The notes beneath the pieces are model-generated. The model had not been told where the DNA came from. It did no database searches and saw only the letters and a program-made list of their open reading frames with translations. The translations under genes were made by a program, and so were the position numbers. A DNA stretch of 25,912 nucleotides from Peribolospora baueri (lineage: Eukaryota), in the NCBI GenBank assembly GCA_029717555.1, contig JAMDHS010000055.1, positions 124,001 to 149,912 on the forward strand, in the 5' to 3' direction. Positions within the stretch are counted from its first letter, which is position 1, and the number at the start of each line of letters is the position of its first letter. This document shows, one piece after another, positions 20,397-25,912 of this stretch.

Positions 20397-23300
20397 TCAC
20401 GATGCCTGCTGCTGCTGCTGCTGCTGCTGTTGATGTTGCGCCTGCGCCGACGGTCCTCCCGCGCCAGCGCCGTGCCCTTCGCTGCGAGCCGAGCACCAAA
20501 ACCGATGACCCATTTGCCAAGCCTTGCTCTGACAAGCCTTGCTACAATACTTGGCCTTGCGACACCTTCGGCATTTAGCAAACTCTCTCGGGAAGGCCTC
20601 CCACCGTCCGCAAAACATGTTGGCGCACTGACGGATTCCACCTCTGTTTTCGTCCTTTCGGCACGCGTTTCGCATGATCACCCCCGCCCAGTATTGGATC
20701 TCTGGCGCCAGGCGCGGGTTCGATCGGTCCGAGGGCGAGGTGCGCAGAGTAAAGCGCTCAACGACGCTGAACACGTTGCGCTTGGGCGGCGACGACGGCG
20801 TCCAGGACTGATTCTGCGACTGCGACGATTGCGGCTCGTTCCGCTCCACCGCCGCTGCTGCCGCGGCCTTCTTAGCTGCGTGCGCACGCGACGCCTTTTC
20901 CTTTTTGCGCTCCTCGTCCGTCTTCGCGTGTCGCTCCCTTCGATCGCCGCGGCCGCGGTCTGTGGCGGCGGAAGCCGACGAACCGTTGCCATCTCCGTCC
21001 GCGTCGGCTTCCCGGTCGATCCCTTCCATTTCCCCATCCCCGTCCCCGTCCCCATCCGCTTCTCCGTCCCCATCTCCATCCCCATCCACCGACTCGCCGA
21101 CGCCGGCCTCCTTTCCTTTGGCGCTGGAAGCAGCAGAGGCGGACCTCTTGGGCCTGACGACGTGCGGGAATGGTAAGTGGCACGTGTCTGGGTCGTGGAA
21201 GAGAGTGCGGACGTGGCTGTACTTGCTGAGGTAAGCGAGTAGCTGAAGCGAAAGGAGCACGTCCTCTTCGCGATAGATCATAAAGTCGCCCGAGGCGGAG
21301 GGGGCGGAGGAGGACGATGATGGGACGCCGGCACCGGAAGCAGGCGCGGCTGGAGCGCCGGCCGTCGCTGCCGGCGCCGCTGGGGGAGGGCGAGCGCGCC
21401 AGGGCGCTCGAGCGCCACCGGTCTGATCCGCCAGGGGAGGCGAGGGACGCTGAGCGCCTACGCCGACGCCACCACCGGTGGCGACGGTGGGTGCAATCGA
21501 GGGGGGCTGTCTGGCGTGTGCAGGGAAAGAGAATCCCAACTGCTGCTGCTGCTGTTGCTGTTGCTGATGTTGTCGCTGCTGCTGCTGCTGCTGCCACTGT
21601 GCTGGGAGGGTCTGCTCGGGAAGGGTCCGCTCACTGGCGATGATGGTGTCGGAGCGAGACTGGCGCGAGAGGGGCCGGGCCGTTTGGCCGAACGAGGTGG
21701 GCGCGGAAGCGGTGGATGCGGGCTCAGTGGGCTGGTGGTGGTGATGATGGTGGTGGTAGTGATGATGGTGGCGGAGGTGGTGCGATCTCTGGGGCGCGTC
21801 TAGGGTGTGCCATTGCTGTGCAACGGGAAAAGACGAAGGAGGGAAAAAGGAGGGAGACGACCCGGGCCGAACAGCGCCGGCGGAGGAAGGGTGCAGAGTG
21901 GAAGGGCGGGAGGGACCGGCGACAGGGGTGGCGTCGACCGCGGAAGCCGGGGAGGACTCGTCGGCGGAGGAAGAAGCAAAAGTAGATGAGAGCGGAACGA
22001 GGTTTCGTCGGGCCATCCGAGGTGTCTCCATCTCCACACCCTCCATCCCATCATCCATACTAGCTCCCTCAGCGGATCTTCCCTCGGGCCGACTTGCGGT
22101 CTGCCAGCCGATAGGGACGGAAAGAGCGTCGGCGTCGGCGGCGTCGACGCACTCGGCGCCTTCCATCTCCACGTCCTCGTCGCCGTCGCCAGGCGCACTC
22201 TCGCTGCCGCTGCCGTGACCGCTGGCACCCTCGTCGACGGCACTGCGGAGGTCCTCTGTGGAGGAGACGGTGGTATAGGTGCCAGTGGAGAGGCGGGCGC
22301 CCGAGCCGGCAACGGAGACGGGCACAATCACGTCCTCGGGTGAAGGAGAGCGGGAAGGGCGGCCGGGAGGACGAGAGCCGGGGCCGGCGACGTCATCGAC
22401 GGAGACGGAAACGGGGAGGGAGGGCGCGCGAAAGCGGTCGTCGAGGAGACGGAGACCGTGAGGCTCGCGCGAGGAGAAGGAAGGAGATTGGGCGTGGTGG
22501 GAGGAGCGCTCGTCGTGTTCGGCAGGCGTGGTAGGTCGGGTGTCGGAGGCGATGGTGACGACGTTGACGGCGTCGTCAGCGGTAGGGCTGTCCGTGTCCG
22601 AAGTTCGGGCGGGCAAACGCTCGTCGGCGACGGGGGCCACTCGCACAGGCGGAGGCGGCGGGGGAGGTGCGGGCATGGCGTGGGCGTGCTGAGATGGGGC
22701 GACGGGGGTGATGGGGACGGGACCCGGGTGGGCGTGGTGGTGGCCTGCGACGGCGTCGGGAGCGGCGGCGGGGAGGGAGGCTGGGCGCGGGGTGGGGACG
22801 TCGCCATCGGGAAGGAGAAAGGCGACGGCGTCGCGCTGGGCCCTGTCCCTGGTCTCGCGCTCCTTCCACTCTCGCTCCCTGTCGTCCTTGATGGTGTCCT
22901 GGACGCGCAAGTAGCTCTCGAGGACCTTGATGATGACGGGGATCATCCCGGCCTCGACGACGCGGGTGCGGACGTTCTCGCTGCCGCGGACGCCGACGTT
23001 GACGACGCACTGGAAGGCGAGGGACCACTTCCAGATGGCCTTGCGGTCGGGGGCGCCGTTAGGAGAGGAGGAAGGGGGGACGAGGCCGGACTTTGCTTTG
23101 GAGGGGGGGGAGACGGGCGGTTGGCGAAGGATGCGGACGAGGCGTTCGAGGCCGCCATCGACGGTGAGGATCTCGCGGATGCGGGGCGATGTGGATGTGA
23201 GGTAGGCGAGGTGGGTGAGGGAGTTGATTAGGGGTAGGATGGCAGTGCAGTCGATAGCTGAAGGGGGCAAGGGGAAGGTGAGCGAGGGCTCGAAGCCTTG

Positions 23301-23432
23301 GAAAGAGGAGAATGCGCTGTCGCGGGCATCATCATCACACCACTCGCACTCACCCCTGCGGTCATAGAGCGCGGAAGAGATGCATACGCTGGCCTTGTTC
23401 TGCTGTGGGAAGCTAAAGTTGGACTCTCTCAT
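20397..23432 (-). CDS. samB: MYND-type zinc finger protein SamB/Mub1 (about 979 aa); exons 23432-23354 and 23257-20397
   Basis: MRESNFSFP..SVCISSALYDRR|AIDCT..PLINSLTHLAYLTSTSPRIREIL, WKWSLAFQCVVNVGVRGSE, EDVLLSLQLLAYLSKY, YWAGVIMRNACRKD and the MYND finger CANMFC..CRRCRKAKYCSKACQSKAWQMGHRFWC. Confidence 0.93.
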   Translation of the reverse strand: MRESNFSFPQQNKASVCISSALYDRRGECEWCDDDARDSAFSSFQGFEPSLTFPLPPSAIDCTAILPLINSLTHLAYLTSTSPRIREILTVDGGLERLVRILRQPPVSPPSKAKSGLVPPSSSPNGAPDRKAIWKWSLAFQCVVNVGVRGSENVRTRVVEAGMIPVIIKVLESYLRVQDTIKDDREREWKERETRDRAQRDAVAFLLPDGDVPTPRPASLPAAAPDAVAGHHHAHPGPVPITPVAPSQHAHAMPAPPPPPPPVRVAPVADERLPARTSDTDSPTADDAVNVVTIASDTRPTTPAEHDERSSHHAQSPSFSSREPHGLRLLDDRFRAPSLPVSVSVDDVAGPGSRPPGRPSRSPSPEDVIVPVSVAGSGARLSTGTYTTVSSTEDLRSAVDEGASGHGSGSESAPGDGDEDVEMEGAECVDAADADALSVPIGWQTASRPEGRSAEGASMDDGMEGVEMETPRMARRNLVPLSSTFASSSADESSPASAVDATPVAGPSRPSTLHPSSAGAVRPGSSPSFFPPSSFPVAQQWHTLDAPQRSHHLRHHHHYHHHHHHHQPTEPASTASAPTSFGQTARPLSRQSRSDTIIASERTLPEQTLPAQWQQQQQQRQHQQQQQQQQQLGFSFPAHARQPPSIAPTVATGGGVGVGAQRPSPPLADQTGGARAPWRARPPPAAPAATAGAPAAPASGAGVPSSSSSAPSASGDFMIYREEDVLLSLQLLAYLSKYSHVRTLFHDPDTCHLPFPHVVRPKRSASAASSAKGKEAGVGESVDGDGDGDGEADGDGDGDGEMEGIDREADADGDGNGSSASAATDRGRGDRRERHAKTDEERKKEKASRAHAAKKAAAAAAVERNEPQSSQSQNQSWTPSSPPKRNVFSVVERFTLRTSPSDRSNPRLAPEIQYWAGVIMRNACRKDENRGGIRQCANMFCGRWEAFPREFAKCRRCRKAKYCSKACQSKAWQMGHRFWCSARSEGHGAGAGGPSAQAQHQQQQQQQQQAS

Positions 23433-25858
23433 CGTGCTGGACGGAGAGAGGAAGGGTGGCGAGGGGGATGTGGAGAGAGGAAGGGGGGACGAAGGCGGCG
23501 ACGAGGATGAGGACGGTGGGTTATGGCGAAGGCGAAGGCGACGGGGATGGCGGCGGGGACGGGGAGGTGACGGCGGGCGGGCGTGAGCCGGACCGGATCG
23601 GCGTTTGTGTAGGTCGGGACGGGGAGTCGGGTGTTTTGGATGGGGGGCGGGTGGCGAGGTGGCGAGGGGAGGGGAAGGGAAAGGGGTCAGTGGCGTGGAT
23701 GGTGGATGGTGGATTGTGGATGGGAAGGGAGGCGAGGTTGAGGATGGACGAGAACGACGACAAGCGGATGCGGTGGTTGGTGGTTGTCGTCGGTTGGTTG
23801 GTGGTCGACGAGATGAGATGGATGGGATGAGATGGATGGGCGACGGGCGCGGGCTGTATGCGCGAGGAGACGACAAGAGAGGAGACGAGCGACGGGGCGA
23901 CCCGACTCGGACGAGACACGAGACGAGACGAGCGACCGACGGCGATTGATTGGGTGGCCTTGGCTTGGCTTGGATTGGATTGTGGGTGCCCGTGGGACTT
24001 CTGGGCTAGGGGCAGACTGGACTCGAATGGCGCGGTGTATGTCTAATTGTGTACTCAGGTACTCGCGTAAGCGCATACGGTACTCGTGTACTTGTATACT
24101 TCGTGTGCATGTGTGTATGTATGTACAACGGCGTGCTGCTTGGCTTGGCTTGCCGTCACGTCACTTCACGTCACTGCACGGCACGGCAGCTTGGAGCGGG
24201 CGAAGCAAAAGCAAGACAAGAACGGCGAAAGGAGGCAGGGTAAAGGAAGAGGTGGATGAACGAAAAGGAAAAAAAGAAAAAAAAAAAAAAAAAAGGCAAG
24301 CCAAGTCAGGCGAACACGAGACCGCAGACGGCAGACCACAGACGCAGACGCGCCACGCTAGTCACCCTTCCTTCCCGCTCGCCACTAGCGCGGAGCCAAA
24401 CGACGAGCAAAACAGTCGGCGAGCGACGCGACCTGGGCCCGACCGACCACGGACGGACGGTGCCTGCCTTCCATCCAATCCAACCCCTGCCCCTCCATGC
24501 TCGCTCCCAACGCAAACTAGCTCGGCCACGCAGGCACGCCAAGTAAGCAAGTCGCATCCGTAACCATCTCATCCCCATCGAGTCGAATCGAGCCCACCGC
24601 TCCCCCTCACCGCCGACCTCGCAAGCATGCAGCAGCGAACGCGCGCCGCTCCGCCCTCTTCGGCTCGGCTCGCTCTCTCTCAGACAGCCGCATCTTGCGC
24701 CCACCAGCAAGGAGACAGAGAGAAAGAAAGATGGGAAGCACGCTGTGGGATGAAAATTGCGGAGGCAACAGAACCGAACCGGACCGAACCAAACCGGACC
24801 GCAGTCAGGCCAGACAGGCAGACAGTCGTGTGTTCCCTCGCTACCGCACCACGAGGCCGTCCGGCACGGCTAGGAGGGGCGGCAGCGGAAGCGGCAGCGG
24901 CAATGCAAGAAGCGAACAAAGTCGAAGCGAAGCGAAAGAATCAATGAATGAATGGATGATAGACGGACAGACGAATGGGCAACGCCATCCGTCCGGCCCG
25001 CCGTGCGAACGAACGAACGACGAGATAAGTCAAATCGATCGCCACAATCTCGAATCGGCCAATCACCGCGCCCACAGCGATGGATCAGATCCTCCCACCA
25101 CACACATCACCACGCCGCTCGCTGCGGCCAGCGGCTACACGCCGGCGATCTCCTCCGGCGTCGCCTGGTGGGGCAAAGGGGAGGCGGGGAGGCGGGAGGC
25201 GGGACCGTACCGTCCTCGGGCGACCATCGCCGCCGACGCGACGCGGCATCGCGACGTGGCCCTATAGCCTCTCCCGTCGTCCCCCTCGATCACCCGCACC
25301 GCCTCCTTCTCCTTACCACCGACAGACACGCCAAGGCCTCTTGCCGCATCCGCATCGCATGCCAAGCAAGCGCCCGCCCCCATTCCCATTCTTATTGCTA
25401 TTTATTAGACCTCGTTTAGCAAACGCGAGCCGTCGTCGAGTGCTAGAGCCTATCTTCCTTCCCCAAGGCCATCGCGCCGGTCGAGAAGACCAGACTGACA
25501 GACGAAAACAGAACGACAGACGACGTATCCGACCGTCCGCTCGTCCGACCACCCCCGGAACTTGTAGTCACTCTCGTCCGGCCACCTGGCGCGGGCGCTG
25601 GCGGGCGGCCGCCTTGGCTCGCCGCATCCGCCGATCACACGCATCTGCGCAACCGTACCGCACCGGTCCCGGAACATCGGCGGCCCCGTTCTCCGACCTC
25701 ATCCTCACTTCCAATCTACCCCTTTCCCTCTCTCTTCTTCTCTTCTCTCTCTTGCCCACCTCTCTCACTGCTACCGATACCGATTTCGAGCGTGGCTTTG
25801 ATGGACGTCGAGCTCCCGCGTCCCACGGTCCGCCGACTCGTCCAGCCGGGCTCGACTT

Positions 25859-25860
<2 letters not shown>
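23433..25860. repeat. Long low-complexity intergenic/5' region with many short tandem repeats
   Basis: (ACGAG)n ~23870-23935, (GGCTT)n ~23955-23975, A-run ~24270-24294, (GAACC)n ~24770-24800, (ATGA)n ~24943-24960 and CT-rich tracts ~25700-25770. The ORFs here are compositionally biased. Confidence 0.7.

Positions 25861-25861
<1 letters not shown>

Positions 25862-25909
<48 letters not shown>
25862..25909. repeat. T48 homopolymer
   Basis: Direct reading of the sequence at the window end. Confidence 0.95.
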
Positions 25910-25912
25910 CTC

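Noticed and set aside
23433..23876. 148-codon Pro-rich N-terminal extension of SamB in the ORF track
   Set aside because: Non-ATG start, stop-free only because of C-rich low complexity; family homology begins at MRESNF (23432).
23832..25768. ORFs of 130-243 aa and short repeats as genes or a CRISPR-like array
   Set aside because: Products are translations of microsatellites, there is no repeat-spacer periodicity, and the context is eukaryotic.

Overview
Intron-rich fungal genomic DNA, most likely basidiomycete (GTGAGY/GTGCGY donors, CTGAC/CTCAC branch points, 65-125 nt introns). From left to right: a possible 5' gene fragment (-), tRNA-Gln(CUG), a C-terminal-domain-only Rrp7 (+), an Apc4 reduced to its helical domain (-), mitochondrial aspartyl-tRNA synthetase (+, 12 exons), an intact DHA1-family MFS transporter (-), a second very intron-rich DHA1 paralogue that is scrambled and frameshifted, a dsRBD-containing DEAH-box helicase (+), a second tRNA-Gln(CUG), a SamB/Mub1 MYND zinc-finger gene (-) and a 2.5 kb microsatellite-rich intergenic stretch. 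The main finding is the MFS paralogue at 9574-13137. Its N- and C-terminal blocks are on the minus strand, while two adjacent internal blocks are each flipped in place onto the plus strand. The pentamer TAGAG/CTCTA lies in alternating orientation at all three junctions, and flipping both blocks back restores frame and intron phase. The same gene appears to contain a 1-nt exon. All gene models were read by eye; no database searches were run.
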